NCBI GenBank assembly: GCA_964016885.1
Contig: OZ024746.1
Location: forward strand, 88,908,001-88,972,000
Length of the DNA: 64,000 bases
Reading direction: 5' to 3'
DNA from: Eledone cirrhosa
Lineage: Eukaryota
A program made the position numbers and the translations under genes. The notes beneath the pieces are model-generated. The model did no database searches. It was not told the origin of the DNA and saw only the letters and a list, made by a program, of their open reading frames with translations. Positions 40,745-55,479 of this stretch are shown here, one piece after another. Numbering within the stretch: the first letter of the stretch is position 1; every line of letters starts with the position of its first letter.

Positions 40745-41148
40745 TATATATATATAGATAATTTAATATATCAACTAACATAAGCGCACAGATGCACGCC
40801 TATGCCAGCAAATACACAGGTTATGTCATAGTACCTAGGTGGTTCAATGCAGGAGGATGCAGAACAATAATATAAAAGACGTAAAATAAGAAAATCTTTT
40901 TCAAAAATATTTTTTTTTTTATTTTTTTACTTACTTACTTAAATTTTCACTCCAACTAATTAGTTTCTGCAATGGGATAAAGACAGTTACGTAATCTAAC
41001 TGTCGAGAATTCATTGCGTCATCAGGGAGTCTATTCTCAGCTAAGTTTCCAGGCAATGCGCGGACACTGGCGGCTCATATAAAAATAATAATAATTCGGT
41101 AAATAGAACAGCTGGCGAGGACTGAATTCTAGATTTTCTTATTTTACG

Positions 41149-41267
<119 letters not shown>

Positions 41268-41652
41268 TAATTAGAAAGCACATGGACAGCAATACACAGG
41301 CCAGTAGTTTATGTACAAAGTTTGCAATGTTAATTCGATATGCATGTGGAAAGTATGAGCTACACACGTTTCCATTACCAGACAAATATCGGCTTAGGAC
41401 AACACGCCCCACTTATACCAGCATGGTAAATTTGCGCTCATGATTATGTTGATGAAACGATAAAGTGAAAGGCTTGCAACGTGAGCATACACACAGACAC
41501 AGAAACACACACAGATATAATATATGTATAGGTATATGTGTGCATGTTGTGTGCGCGTGCGTGTACTTATCTCACTTATATATCGCATGAAATGTATGTA
41601 AATCATGACACCTATATATAACTCATATTAACCATGTTTCATATCTACGCAT

Positions 41653-41733
<81 letters not shown>

Positions 41734-41738
41734 CGTAT

Positions 41739-41770
<32 letters not shown>

Positions 41771-41777
<7 letters not shown>

Positions 41778-41968
41778 ATCAAGTAAGACCCCGACGGCTG
41801 AGCTCAAGCCGTTTCGACGGCTAATTCTGGACTGAATTAGCCGTCGAAACGGCTTGAGCTCAGCCGTCGGGGTCTTACTTGTTCCTATTACCCACTCTAC
41901 TATCCTAAGTATTGAGTACTTTGGTGCGTTATGGTCCACCTGGTTCCTTACCACATTTCCTTCGTTAT
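41771..41968. mobile_element. Family B hairpin element (young)
   Basis: Near-perfect arms GACCCCGACGGCTGAGCTCAAGCCGTTTCGACGGCTAATTC and reverse complement, inside (TA)n. Confidence 0.9.
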
Positions 41969-42532
41969 ATATATATATATATATATATATAAACATACAC
42001 TCATATGTGTGCGTATGTTTGTGTGTATGTGATTTCGCATATATACACTGAGAATGTCACGCCTCTTGCACTACATCACCAGTTAAGCTGCATCAAAATA
42101 TTTTTATTTGATTGCTATTAGCTATATAATCCGCTGAACCATAGACGTGCACAGTATAAAATAGTAGCTTATTCACTGGAGTTGAACAGAATAATAAAAA
42201 TAAACATTCGTTTAGGTTGAATAGAGTATGCACGTTAGTTGAGGTAGAATATAAAAAACAGAAACATAGAAAAAATAACCAGAAATAGATGTTTACTCAC
42301 AGTAATAAATAATATAAATAATAATAATACTTATAACTATAACTACTAATGTATAATAAAAAACATTTTGAATAAATTTTTAAAAGTGTTTTGCATTTTG
42401 GTCAGCTTCCTTATCTCAACAAAATTTTGGGTTATTTTGATATCATTTATATTAGAAAAATATTTTCGTTCCGTCCATTAATACTGCTTGGTGTTTTTGA
42501 TTATGTGGTAAAATTTTATAAATATGAAATAC

Positions 42533-42740
42533 GTGAATTTGTATATCTGTCGATATCCGGTATTTTTATAAATAAACATTTTGAAATCTTTCAGCTATGA
42601 ATTTGAAAAATGATTGCGTGGCGCAATCTAGTGTGTTCTAAAAGAAGCTAGATAGTGCGATCTTTTTCAAATTCATAACAGAAAGCTTTAAAAATCTTTA
42701 TTTATAAATTTACCGTATATAGACATATCTATAAATTCAA
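42533..42740. repeat. Degenerate inverted repeat, about 90-bp arms
   Basis: TTATAAATAAACATTTTGAAATCTTTCAGCTATGAATTTGAAAAA versus TTTTTCAAATTCATAACAGAAAGCTTTAAAAATCTTTATTTATAA. Confidence 0.8.
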
Positions 42741-42919
42741 CTCTTTCATATCTATAAATTCGAGATGTATAAATTTAAGTTAGAGTTGATGCTCTTATTA
42801 TATTTTAGAAATAATTGTGTGTTCTCTTTATCGAAAACTAAAGTATTATTTTAGAATTTTAATCAATCTCTCAATGTTGGAAAACAGGTTGAATTTTACG
42901 GTGAATGTTTTTGTGAGAT

Positions 42920-43215
42920 TCAAAATTTAACCAGTCTAACAACCTCGTTCAAATTCTGACGAAACGGCCTTTCACCGATAAAACAATTTTACCAGTAATA
43001 ATTGTTTCTTCTTTTGGCACAAGGCCAGCAATTATTCCAGTATACTACATGTACTTAATTTTATCGACCACGTAAGGACGAAAGGCAAAGATAACCTCGG
43101 CAGGATTTGAACTCAGATCATAAAGGGCCGTAACTCTATGATCTAAGTTGAAATCACGCCGAGGCTAAATTTGCCTTTCATCCTTACGGGGTCGATAAAA
43201 TAAAGTACCAGTAAT
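42920..43215. mobile_element. Cluster of three SINE pieces in opposite orientations
   Basis: Plus-strand decayed piece 42920-42995, minus-strand piece 42998-43140, plus-strand piece 43146-43215. Confidence 0.85.
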
Positions 43216-45795
43216 ATTTACCGGTAATAATATGGAGAAAAAATAATTATGTTACTTACCAACATGCTCATGAAAACACATTTCCATTGCTGGATTGACG
43301 GTAAATAACAATAAGCATATACCTAAGAGAGTGAAGGCATTGGATATGTTTAACAGCTGTTCTATAACTTTCACATTAAACGTAAATTACGAGCGACTTG
43401 AAGAGACACATAAACACAATAAAATCACACGTTGGCGCAACATCTGCTGGGCACTAATACGATGGTGTATTAGGATATACAAGTACGTTATTCATGATGT
43501 GTTTCTGCCCATCGCTTTGACTCCATATCACAGTACATGAAATTATAACGAAATTTATAGAATATATAAAACTTTCCACTTTGCTTAATCACAAACTGAG
43601 CACACATGTTGCTGGAATAGATGTATTTAAACATTCACATTCCTTTGACACAGTTGTTAATATAAACGTTCAATCATATTTACGTATGGAGGCTAAACTG
43701 AAATACACCCAAAATCTTCTAAAACGAAATCCCATCAACACTATTGGGGCTATAATCCCAATAACCATATTATATATGTTTAAAGTTTTAAAATGGTTAT
43801 ATACAATAGAAAATGGTAACCTAAGTAAACATGAAAGAACAGCCGAACTACCACTGTCATCGCCTCCATCTATCTGGCACTCCCAATTTCTCCGTATGGT
43901 GAGCAAATGGGGTCCCACGTGCTGGCTTCCCCACAGCCCCGGCGCACAGAATGGAGAAGACGTTTACTCGGAGGATGGTAAGTGAGAGACGCTGTTTAAA
44001 GTATATACTGCTTTTAAATCAGCATTAGAAAATATTTGACCTCATTTACAACGTATTGGATGTTTTAGAAATAGGGAGGATATTATATTTCTAACAATTT
44101 TAAAACATTCGATACCAACACGCCTAAAGCCCTCTCTCATTTCATGATGCATAACCATTTGTTGATGTGTTCCTGTTCAAATTTAAACTTTTCACTACAC
44201 ATTTTAAAGGACATTTTCCAATGGATAGTCGTAATAATGAGACTGTTAATTACGTTACGAAACTCATCCACATTTTCTAATTAATTAAACAATTAATTGA
44301 AAATCTGCAGGATTTTCATTAAAGTGTTGTTACGAATATGTTAAACTATTCTATTCTCGTTTCATTTTCTTCTGATGTTTACCATTAAAATCAATATGGA
44401 ATTTATTTCCCCTGCTAGGTAAATTTGTAGTAACAAATCAGTAATTAGAAATTATGTCCATTACGATATTGTGACAGAGGGTAGACACATGTTTAAAAGT
44501 GTGTGACAGTTTATATTCTTGCGTGAAATTGAAGAATGTAAACATGCTGGTGGCAGTGTTAGGTGATATTTTGTAACACCCATATATATTAGCAGATAAA
44601 CCATAAAGCATTTAACATTATCATTTACACATTATAGATCAAATGCTGGAAAATTGCTAGAGGAATAATTCTTGCAATTTCGATAGGAATATTTTAATAA
44701 AAGAGATAGAAATAATTGGTAGCTTATTCTCAGTATCACTTTCCAGCAATTTCTATTTCAATACATATAAAGGAAAACAATTATTCTGACATTGTATCCC
44801 GGTTTAAAATTGATTACGTTTGTCTATTTGTCTATTTCAAACAAAATGCTTGGCAAGTTTAGCTTAGTAAGCTGATGGAAGATTTGTTGAAGTAGTTGAC
44901 AACGGAAAAATAATCAGTTATAGTATAAAATTACTGATTATAATATAAATATGTTGTACTTAATAGGGCTATGTATATTGCTGCAATAGACGACAGATAG
45001 TCTAGTAGAACAGAGAAAAGTTTCTTACGTAATATATCTATTCGTGTAATCTGAAGTATGGCTGAGGTGAGTTACACATCTGTGGCAAGTAAATCAAGCA
45101 GAATTAAAGCTACAACAGATTATTGGTTAAACATAAAAACATATGTAGCGAAATCGTGCATTGTTACGTTGATATCTACATATTAATGATTATGCCCAAT
45201 CGATGTTACATAATGTCAGGTGTGGTAATTTAATTTCGTGTCTGACACTTACACTACGTTTGTGAAATAGAACTGTTAATGTCTACTCTGGCCTCTTGAC
45301 TTGCAAAACAGAACACCTATCAACCTTTACAATATTTCCCTCACATATTCAAATTATGTCTCTATTTCCCACATAATGTGCAAACTCTGTCTATGTATAC
45401 CTACATTTAAAAATGACGATCCTTCTATCAATCAATTAATTTCTTTCTGCCAAAACCTGTCAGGAAGACCGATTGTAAACATGCAATCTCATAAATATTG
45501 TCATAGCACCACCAGGTTGGTTATTAACTTAAACTTAAAACACTATTTTCAATATAATAAGATGCACTTATTCATTATTTACTCTGATATATCGTACGCC
45601 ATGTAGACATGTAGCCAGACTAAAACAGCGTGCGTTTTAATTTATGGAACATGCTAGACACATCACTACTTACTTCCAGCCAAACACATTGCAGCACATA
45701 TTCTAGGAACATGAATGTTTTTTTTATTCCTGAGTCAAAGTCGATGCGTACACTAGAGATTTACATCAGGAATATTTCCTGTTTGAACCACCAAT

Positions 45796-45995
45796 ATTGC
45801 CAAAAGTAGAAACAATTGTTTCTACTTTTGGCACAAGGCCAGCAATTACTCAGTGCATTAGTGGTACTTTATTTTGTCGACGCCCGTAAGGATGAAAAGC
45901 AAAGTTAACCTCGGCGGGATTTGAACTCAGAATGGCAAAGGCCGTAACTCTATGCTTCAAAGCAGAGCGTCCGAACCTCTACCAATACTGCCAAT
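45796..45995 (-). mobile_element. tRNA-derived SINE (minus) joined tail-to-tail to a plus-strand tail
   Basis: Perfect palindrome CCAAAAGTAGAAACAATTGTTTCTACTTTTGG at 45801-45832 (approximate), then a full minus-strand copy. Confidence 0.92.
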
Positions 45996-46847
45996 CCAGT
46001 GCATACGACTAGTTAGGAATATCTTGAAATCATTTACAAGATGAGAAATATTATGACGTTCAAGAGGGGGACATTGCTCCTCAACGCTTGAATTATCTTC
46101 TCAGCGGCAGGATTTGAAGCATTAGAATGATGTTAGAACAAGATTGCTTGATGAAACGGATGAACTACGGAGAGATGATGTATGAGGTGAGATACTGCTA
46201 CCTTCACCAAGACCTGTAATACTAATATACATGTAGAAAATCCTGGAGGTGCTAGGCGCAAATTTGAGATTGAAATCTACATTAAACCCCGAACAGAAAC
46301 CCTATGCCTAGTGACGAAATTCCACACCGCCGAAATCTAGAATGAGAAGTATATATTGCAAGAATAGGTTTTTGAAGTACGAAGGGAATTTAATATGCCA
46401 CCCGCATCATCTGGCACAGATACAGGTACTGGCAACTGCTGAATAATCTATCTAAAATAACAAATGAGAATGAGCGATCGACCTCAGACACGCTATCCAT
46501 CAATGGCAAACGAGAGATGTGTGGTTGTATTGGAAGTGGTAAAGCAATAGAAATACCTGTAGAAACATGAGTGTGTATGTATATAAATATATATATATTT
46601 ATGTATATGCGTGTGTGTTGGTACGTGTGTTGGGGGGGGGGGGGGGGGCATGTGTGTAGGTGTGTGTGTGTGCGAGTATAATGTTACGATTACGCTGTTC
46701 CGTTGATCGCATCAACTGGAAGCCACGTCCGCGTAACAGACGGAGATCATGTTCATATACCACTGCATATGTGAAACTACATTTATTTATACATGAATGT
46801 ATGAATATATATATGGATAAATACACAGACACAGAAGTAAGCTTATA

Positions 46848-46999
<152 letters not shown>

Positions 47000-47001
47000 T
47001 A

Positions 47002-47139
47002 TAACGACGGAAGTGTGGTAAGGAAACAGATCGACCATAACGCACCAGAGTACTCAATACTTAGGGTAGTAGCGTGGGTAATAAGAACATGTCTAACCCC
47101 GACGGCAGAGCTCAAGCCGTTTCGACAGCTATTTCTTCC

Positions 47140-47142
<3 letters not shown>
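47002..47142 (-). mobile_element. Family B single arm (another at 49646-49775)
   Basis: TAACGACGGAAGTGTGGTAAGG..GAGCTCAAGCCGTTTCGACAGCT between (TA)n tracts. Confidence 0.85.
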
Positions 47143-47975
<833 letters not shown>

Positions 47976-48482
47976 TATAACATCGTCCATATATTATTAT
48001 TAATGATTAGCCAAGAAACTAAACGAAATTGTGCAGATATATCAAGTTATATATGGCAATGGAGTGTATTAGGCCGAAGCACAATACATGCACGTATATA
48101 AATGATGTTTGGAATGAAGATATATATTGATGTGACGTTTGGAATTCTTTTTAATATTCCACAATTATTTCACTTGTTACCACTCAGTAGATGAATTAAT
48201 ATCCAACAATATCCTGGCAGGCCCTCAAAGATATTGCTGCGTTTCTATTGACTATTTCAATTTGTGGGACTTTCGCAATTCTTGATTGTCAAAAGTTTGG
48301 CAATCGGCCAAGTGGATATATCTCTCATTCTTATAAAACCTTTTAAAAGACAAAGTTTATTCCAAGAAGATTAATTGTTATTTCCTTAATGTATACACGT
48401 GTGTCTATGTTTGTATATATGTGTGATTTTCTGTCAGTGAAAGTATATGTATTTCTGTGTTTGCGTTTATGTGCGTGTCTGG

Positions 48483-48527
<45 letters not shown>

Positions 48528-48570
48528 CTATATCCATACAAACCAGCACACAAACATATTCACACATATC

Positions 48571-48630
<60 letters not shown>

Positions 48631-48685
48631 CGTGTGTGTGTATAAGGATATATACTAATATATATACACACACAGACATATACTC

Positions 48686-48717
<32 letters not shown>

Positions 48718-49895
48718 AGAAAGAAAGAGAAAGGTATATGAAAAAATGGAAATAGTAATTTTACACGAAGAATGCAGAGGAATTTGTGGATATATAAAGT
48801 TAAAGGTTCAGGCATACACCGAAAACTAAAGTACAATTTGATAGAGCGATAAAGATAATGCTTTAGAAAATAAAATCAAAAGTAATCTTTACTTTTCAAA
48901 TACTTTTCGTGCGATAAGATCTCATATGCATAATTTCAATACATAAGAGATGGCTGAGCTCATTGGAGCTTTCCTAAAACTAGCATTAGTGACTGTGATT
49001 GCGATTACGCGCGGTAAGAAGGTTTGAAAAGGCATAATGAATTGAAGGAGCATAGATTTAATTGAGTGTAATGTATAACATGTTTCGGTGGGACAGTTTT
49101 CTCTCTCCTTCTACCTACCTATTTCGATACTATCTACTCTTACCCCTCTTCCTTCCTCTCCCTTTCTCCATCCCATTTTCACTCATGCTCTCTTTCTCCC
49201 AGCCACTTCATTGTTTCCCTCGCATGACCCTCTAGCAATCTTTTTCTCAATTACACTCTCTGGGGTCAGGCGTGCCTTTTCGTTCACCCACACGCTCTTG
49301 AACTTAAGTTATGTTATCGCTGTAGACTGTGATGTTCTTACCTTAAGTTGCTCCCACATTGCTCGGTTTGTTGTTGTTTATTCGGTGTTTTCTTTTGTCT
49401 TCCCCTTTCCCTTCAATTTTCCATCCATCCTCAGTTTTCCCAATAACTTACCCAGTCATTGAACGCTCTGGGGTAGATATCATCTCTTTAAAGTGTTGAA
49501 ATATCTGACATCCTCAGCAGACAACTGATAAGGAACCCCCACCCCAAGGTCTTGCTTTCTTCTTATTCTCATACCATTTTAAGCTACTAGCAACTACACA
49601 GCCACTCGTATTCTCCATATATTTGATATGTATATATATATATATGATAAAGAAAGTGTGGTGACGAACAAGGTGGACCATAACGCACCAGAATACTCGA
49701 TACTGAGGCTACTAGAGTGGGTATTAGGAAAAGAGTCAACACCCGATGGTTGAGCTCCGGCTGTTTCGACAGCTAAATGCGGCTATAAAATTGAGGCTTG
49801 TTTGTATAATTGCAAACAAATTCAATGTTATTAATAGTATTCGAAAAACTCAGTTTACATTTATTGTATTCAGCCATGTAGAGCGAAAACTTTCT

Positions 49896-49923
<28 letters not shown>

Positions 49924-49929
<6 letters not shown>

Positions 49930-50699
49930 TATGTATACGTACATACATATATGTATACATCCGTACAGTAGTATGTATACATATACATACATGCAACATA
50001 TATATATATATGTACATATGGGTTTAGCGAACAAAGGAACGATAAACTAGTGTCTAGCTTATTAGCTGTCATGGACACCGTATACCTTCCTGTCAGTCGA
50101 TTGAACGTTTAAAAGTATGTACTTTCCTTATGCGTATTAACGGCTGAGCAGCCTAATTTGCATATCGAGTGAGTTAGTCAGCCGGGAGTACCGAAAATAA
50201 TAAATGGAAAAAATGGAAATTCATTTCTCACTCTTAGTATGGCTGATACTTAAATATAAGTATGTATACGTACATACATATATGTATACAGTCGTACAGT
50301 AGTATGTATGTACATACATTCACACATATATATATATATATATATATATGTACGTATGTGTTCACCGAATATTTATTATAATGTTCGGTTTGTTTGTAAA
50401 CAAACAGCCCGAATTAAGCCATACAGTGTTCAGCAACCATCGTTTCCCTTTTGTTTAACACTGGCAATGGAACGATGAACTAGTTTCTAGCTTATTAGAT
50501 GTCATCAGCACCGTATACAATGGTTGCCGAACACTTTACGGCTTAATTCGGGCTGTTTGTTCCCCAAAAAAACGAGCATTATAATAAATGTTTGCATGTA
50601 TGTATGTATATACATACTATTGTATGTCTGTACGTATACATACTTATATTTAATTATCAGCCGTACTAAGAGTGAGAAATGAAATTTCATTTGTTCCAT
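49924..50699 (-). mobile_element. ORF-less tandem HHR element (433-nt unit) with an inverted arm, in (TA)n
   Basis: HHR copies at 50039-50081 and 50472-50514. 50519-50699 is the reverse complement of about 50204-50442. Confidence 0.85.
50472..50514 (-). ncRNA. Minimal type I hammerhead ribozyme with intact core
   Basis: ACGGTG CTGATGA CATCT AATA AGCTA GAAA CTAG TT CATCGT. Stem I is 6 bp, stem III is the palindrome AACTAGTT, and the triplet is GUU. Confidence 0.85.
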
Positions 50700-50701
50700 A
50701 T

Positions 50702-50766
<65 letters not shown>

Positions 50767-51554
50767 CTGGTAATGATTTTTCTCTATTTGGGTATCTTAT
50801 CTGTCACTAAAATTATACACCTCCAAATTCTCCTAACATATAATTTGTATTGACACCAGATGTCCTGGGTCAGACAGTCTCTGGAAATCATGCCAGGAAA
50901 ATGGGAATAGAGTAGCAGGTCTTGTTTACCCCGTATTGAATATGAAATTAATTTGCTGGTATTACTGTCTTAAGTTTATTTAATTTCCATAATACGAATT
51001 TCCATTAAAAGTGAAAAAACAAAAGATGTCTTTACTTTATTCTCCGACCAAGATATTTAATACTAAACATGTTTGTATATCAACAGAACCACAAGGAAAC
51101 ACGAATTTCACGTATTTACTTGAATATGAATATATATCCATATACACCAGCAGAAAACCTACCCGAAAGGTGGTTTTCTGCTAGCATGTGCATTGTCCAT
51201 ATTGATATTATACGCACGTATATATGCATGCAGATATGATACATCAAATAAAATCGTAATTTTCAATATACTCAGAAATTGAACGAAGACTCCGTTACAC
51301 TGTCTTCAGTTACGCAATCCATGATACATTAAAAAAATACCGTATTATATATAAACTGCATTAGGCGAAAATTAGTGACGGAAATAACGAATGCTTACTT
51401 AAGTGATCGCTAACCGGAAGTGTTGACATTTGAAAATTTTAAAGATGTGAATCTTAAAATAAGCACCAACATTATTTATATTTAATCAAGAATAACGAAA
51501 TGTAGTAGATAAATAATGTAAAATTGATTCATTATTTATTCAAAGTGATCTTTG

Positions 51555-51668
51555 TTCAAATACCGCCGAGGTTAACTCAGCCTATCGTGCTTACGGGGTC
51601 GATAAAATAAAGTACCAGTAACGTACTGGAATAATTGCTGGTCTTGTGCCAAAAGTAGAAACAATTAT
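51555..51668 (+). mobile_element. 5'-truncated SINE with TSD
   Basis: ATTATTTATTCAAAGT on both sides (51531 and 51664). Confidence 0.9.
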
Positions 51669-51957
51669 TTATTCAAAGTAATCCAACTTATTTTACAAAC
51701 GGGATTAAAAAATATATATTCTGGACGCAGTCCCGCACTCCTTACTTTATTATAGTTTAGATATTGCGCAATCCCAATGTGTCATTCCGTATATATGCGG
51801 GTATAATATTATTGTACATTTTAGCTTCTTATCGGAACATTTATTATCATAATTAACCATTTACACGTGCACCAATGTTATGCAAATTAGCAATTCCTTT
51901 TCAGATACAACTGTGAGCCAATGGGTGTATAATACACCCCAATAAGTAACCAATGAT

Positions 51958-52136
51958 AATTGTTTCAACATTTGGCACAAGGCCAGCAATTACTCCAGTG
52001 TATTACTGGTACTTTAGGTTATCGACCCCGTAAGGATGAAATGCAAAGTTAACCTCGGCGGGATTTGAACTCAGTCCGTAAATGGACGTAACTGCGCTGC
52101 AAAGCATGGCGTCCGACCCTCTACCGATACTGCCAA
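51958..52136 (-). mobile_element. tRNA-derived SINE with a 17-bp TSD
   Basis: AAGTAAC(C/G)AATGATAAT at 51944 and 52135. Confidence 0.92.
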
Positions 52137-52149
52137 GTAACGAATGATA

Positions 52150-53000
52150 ATGGGAGGTTCACAGATATTTCCCCTCCGATGAACAAATTCGCTCAGGGCA
52201 TTCTCTGTGGGAGATCAGCAGCCGTTCATGCATACCGATCACTCCTCTACACGCCACATGTTTTCTAAATTTAAGGAATGTTGATACAATTTGGCACTAT
52301 TATATATTGCAAACCCTTTCTCCAACAGAGAAAAATAAAGCAACTGGAAATCAGTCACACCACATCGCCCATCATGTACGTATAAGTGCCAACTCAAATA
52401 ATGGTTCCTATTTTCTATATCAGAATGTTTGCCTGCAACATAAGCGGGAATTCAACGCGCCTCACTATTAATATCAGCACAAGCAGCCAATATTTGCATT
52501 TTCTCCCACAGTATTGTGGTTCGGGAATCATTTCACGCCACTGGAAAGTATAATTTATCCTGCTACAACAATATACAAGGCCACAGCCCATATGATATCC
52601 GGCACTGCAACTACACATATGCCAGGCACCACCTATTCCCTAACCAGGAAAAACACTACAAACTATGAGCTATTAATCATACCCAACGTTTTCAGTTATA
52701 CCAATGCAGTATCCCCTTCCTTTGCTAACATTAATTAACAAGCAAATTGCAAGGCTTCTCTATTCAAGCCTCTACCCCAAATCTCGATATATCTATTGAT
52801 AACAAAATGCATCATCCAATCCATAAATGAACAATTTGGAAGATCCAATTCATTGAGACTTGCGTAGGAGTCGGCTCAGACCATATATTTTCATAGTAAC
52901 TGAGACCCAGCTCAAACGATCCAGTCCCAAACTGAAATGAGAGTGAATATTTAAAACCTGGTGGAGCATACAGAGAACGTTGTTGGGTGAGAGAAATAGG
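52150..53000 (-). mobile_element. Probable highly decayed LINE fragment
   Basis: Higher GC and strand bias, with only faint APE-endonuclease-like peptides. Confidence 0.3.
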
Positions 53001-53827
53001 CTAACTTAGACAAATCACTCGAATGACTGTTTATTTACTAAATATGAAAAATGAAGACAAGTTTTTTAACCTCATGAGATCTGATATTTATTCCATGTCA
53101 TTAAGACTCTGCCTATTTGACACCTTGTCATATATAAACGTCTACATCTAGATACGATAAATGTTGCTAACATTATATAGAGGGCGTATATATATATATG
53201 TGTGTGTGTTTCAGAGAAAAGGAAAAAAATCATCGTATGGATATATAGATATATGGAATCATGAGAATAAATATCATGAGAATATAAGAATGACATAGAA
53301 ATCTAAAATTATATGTGTGCGTGTGTGTGTGTATGTGCGTGTGTGTGTTTATGTGTGAGTATGTGCGATTACGTGTGTGTGTGAGGAATGAGGCAAACAC
53401 GAAAAGAAAACATAAAATTGAGATGAAGGATATAAAAATGAACGGAATTATGTGGAGAAGTAAAGTGAAGGTGTATAATTACATGAATGACAAATAAAGA
53501 ATGATGCATATATGTGTGCATAGACAGATATTATTTAAAACTAATGTCATAGAATCTAAGGAAGTAGAAAATTAATCATTTTAAATTATAATGAAATCGA
53601 GTAAATAAAAGATTGCACGAGAGAATGAAAGAAACAGAAAAATGTGGAAATCATAAATATATTAATAGTACAGAGGGAATCAGCTCATCAGTACTAACAT
53701 AAATTTGTTATGAAGGAGTTGCCTCTATTTCATAGTCTGCAATAAACAGATATTTCTTTAATATCCCATAAGGTAAAACAGTTCAATGAAGAAATAGAGT
53801 GACTAATTATTTTTCTTTATTTTACTA

Positions 53828-54239
53828 ACTAGCCAAATTACCCGCACCTTGCTGCGTTTCGCACTTTTTTTTTTGTAACAAAATGATGATTGATTTTAAA
53901 TCAGTGATATAATTTATGGAGAAAAACTCTATAAGGGTTTCTTAACGTTATTGAAATTTGCTGAAATTTGGTGAATATGCATCATATCTTCTCATTTACC
54001 TTTGGTTTAAATTTCATATGAATCGAAGCGACAACTTTTCAGCGAGGATTTTTACCCCCGGGGAACCCTTTCATTAACATTAAATATACTTATCCAAGTG
54101 CCCTGGGCAGTATAGTTTGAGAATATAAATCGTTATGGGGGGGGGGGGGCTATCTCGAAAAACATAGGAGGCGTTCGTGAACAAACAGACAAACATGCAA
54201 ACAAGCAGTCATGAGCTACAAGTTTATATATATATAGAT
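53828..54239 (+). mobile_element. Helentron/HINE-like element
   Basis: 5' ACTAG..ACCCGCACCTTGCTGCG, subterminal ACAAACAGACAAAC, 3' TTTATATATATATAGAT. Confidence 0.7.
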
Positions 54240-54668
54240 GTTAATATTTCAGGCGTTGGAAAATATAGGCTATATATGTTTATGTATGCAAACCTAAATA
54301 TACCTTCGAAGTTCTAAAATCTCACATTTAGAAGAGAAAAAATAAAAACGTACTATAACATATAGAATATTTATCTTCAGCTTCTAACAGCTTTTATGAT
54401 AACTTCAATTAAAGCTTACGTTTTTGCAAACTTCGAAGGTTAGCCAGCGCTAAAATGTTACCTAGCCCCTAAACGATTTAGATACACTTCTCATTTTCTG
54501 TCACATACCCCCACATTCACACCCTTCATACCCAATGCGCGAAGATCAAACTAGCTTGACACAATGACAAGTTTAACCACAACATTGACATACTAGCCAG
54601 AGACCTTTATTTACAAACATTGCAAAAAATTCATGCACCATCGGAAAGCTTATTGCACAGTATAGAAG

Positions 54669-54704
<36 letters not shown>

Positions 54705-54708
<4 letters not shown>

Positions 54709-55235
54709 GAATATAAAAGCTAAGCGAACACAGATATAAAGATATATGTGTTCAAATCGTAAGGGACATGGTTCGCTAAGGTGAAAAGAATACTAACTAT
54801 AGACAATTCGGTTCGCTTGTCTCAGTTTAAGAAAAAATTAAGAAAATAAATACAACCCGGAATTGTGGTAACTACCAATCACACAGACAACTTGTTGTTG
54901 TTTCGCAAAATTAATTGTGAATAGAAATACTAATCCAAGCTCATCAGTAGGTGATGATTAGTATCCTAGTCACATCTCTGTATGCTATATATAAAAAATA
55001 ATAAAACAGCGTACATGGCATCCTGGCGAGTCTCACACACCCACACCACTAGAAATAGCAGGCTTATTCGACATATATTTTATATATAATATGCTATTAT
55101 ATATATTCTATTATAAAATACGGTTCAGAAATTTCCCTTTCTTAGAGCTATTTCAAATGTCGAGTAAGCCTGGCTGCTATTTTTAGTGGTGTGGGTTTGT
55201 GAGACTCGCTAGGATGTCATGTGGGCTGTTTAAAT
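54705..55235 (-). mobile_element. Diverged relative of family C with an inverted arm
   Basis: 54720-54950 resembles 20780-21006. 55005-55072 and 55157-55231 are inverted copies of each other and resemble 21180-21240. Confidence 0.75.
54878..54955 (-). ncRNA. Type I hammerhead ribozyme with canonical core
   Basis: ATCACCTA CTGATGA GC..GC GAAA CAAC AACAA GTTG TC TGTGTGAT. The triplet is GUC and stem II is weakened. Confidence 0.78.
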
Positions 55236-55269
55236 GATAAATAGATATTTCAGTATGTGTCACAATTCC

Positions 55270-55360
55270 TGCCTTTCATCCTTACGGGGTCGATACAATA
55301 AAGTACCAGTAATGTACTGGTGTATTTGCTGGCCTTGTACCTAAAGTAGAAACAATTATA
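55270..55360 (+). mobile_element. SINE 3' half
   Basis: GCCTTTCATCCTTACGGGGTCGAT..GTAGAAACAATT. Confidence 0.9.
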
Positions 55361-55413
55361 TATATATATATATTAAAATACAAATATTAATAAAATAGAT
55401 GTTCTTTTTATGA

Positions 55414-55476
55414 ATTACATTTTATTAGACATATTTCGGACGTACAATAGTACGTCCTGATCAGACAAAATATAAT
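55414..55476 (-). ncRNA. Type I hammerhead with a G8C core change
   Basis: ATTATATTTTGT CTGATCA GGACGTAC TATT GTACGTCC GAAA TATGTC TA ATAAAATGTAAT. Stem I is 12 bp and stem II is a perfect 8 bp. Confidence 0.8.
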
Positions 55477-55479
55477 GAT

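Noticed and set aside
40975-41035. Minus-strand CTGATGA with a CAGTTA/TAACTG-TC hairpin
   Set aside because: GAAA is absent and stems I and II do not pair; at best a heavily decayed remnant.
46020-46560. GC-richer coding-looking segment
   Set aside because: Stops in the plus frames I read and no recognisable motif; probably an old transposon remnant.
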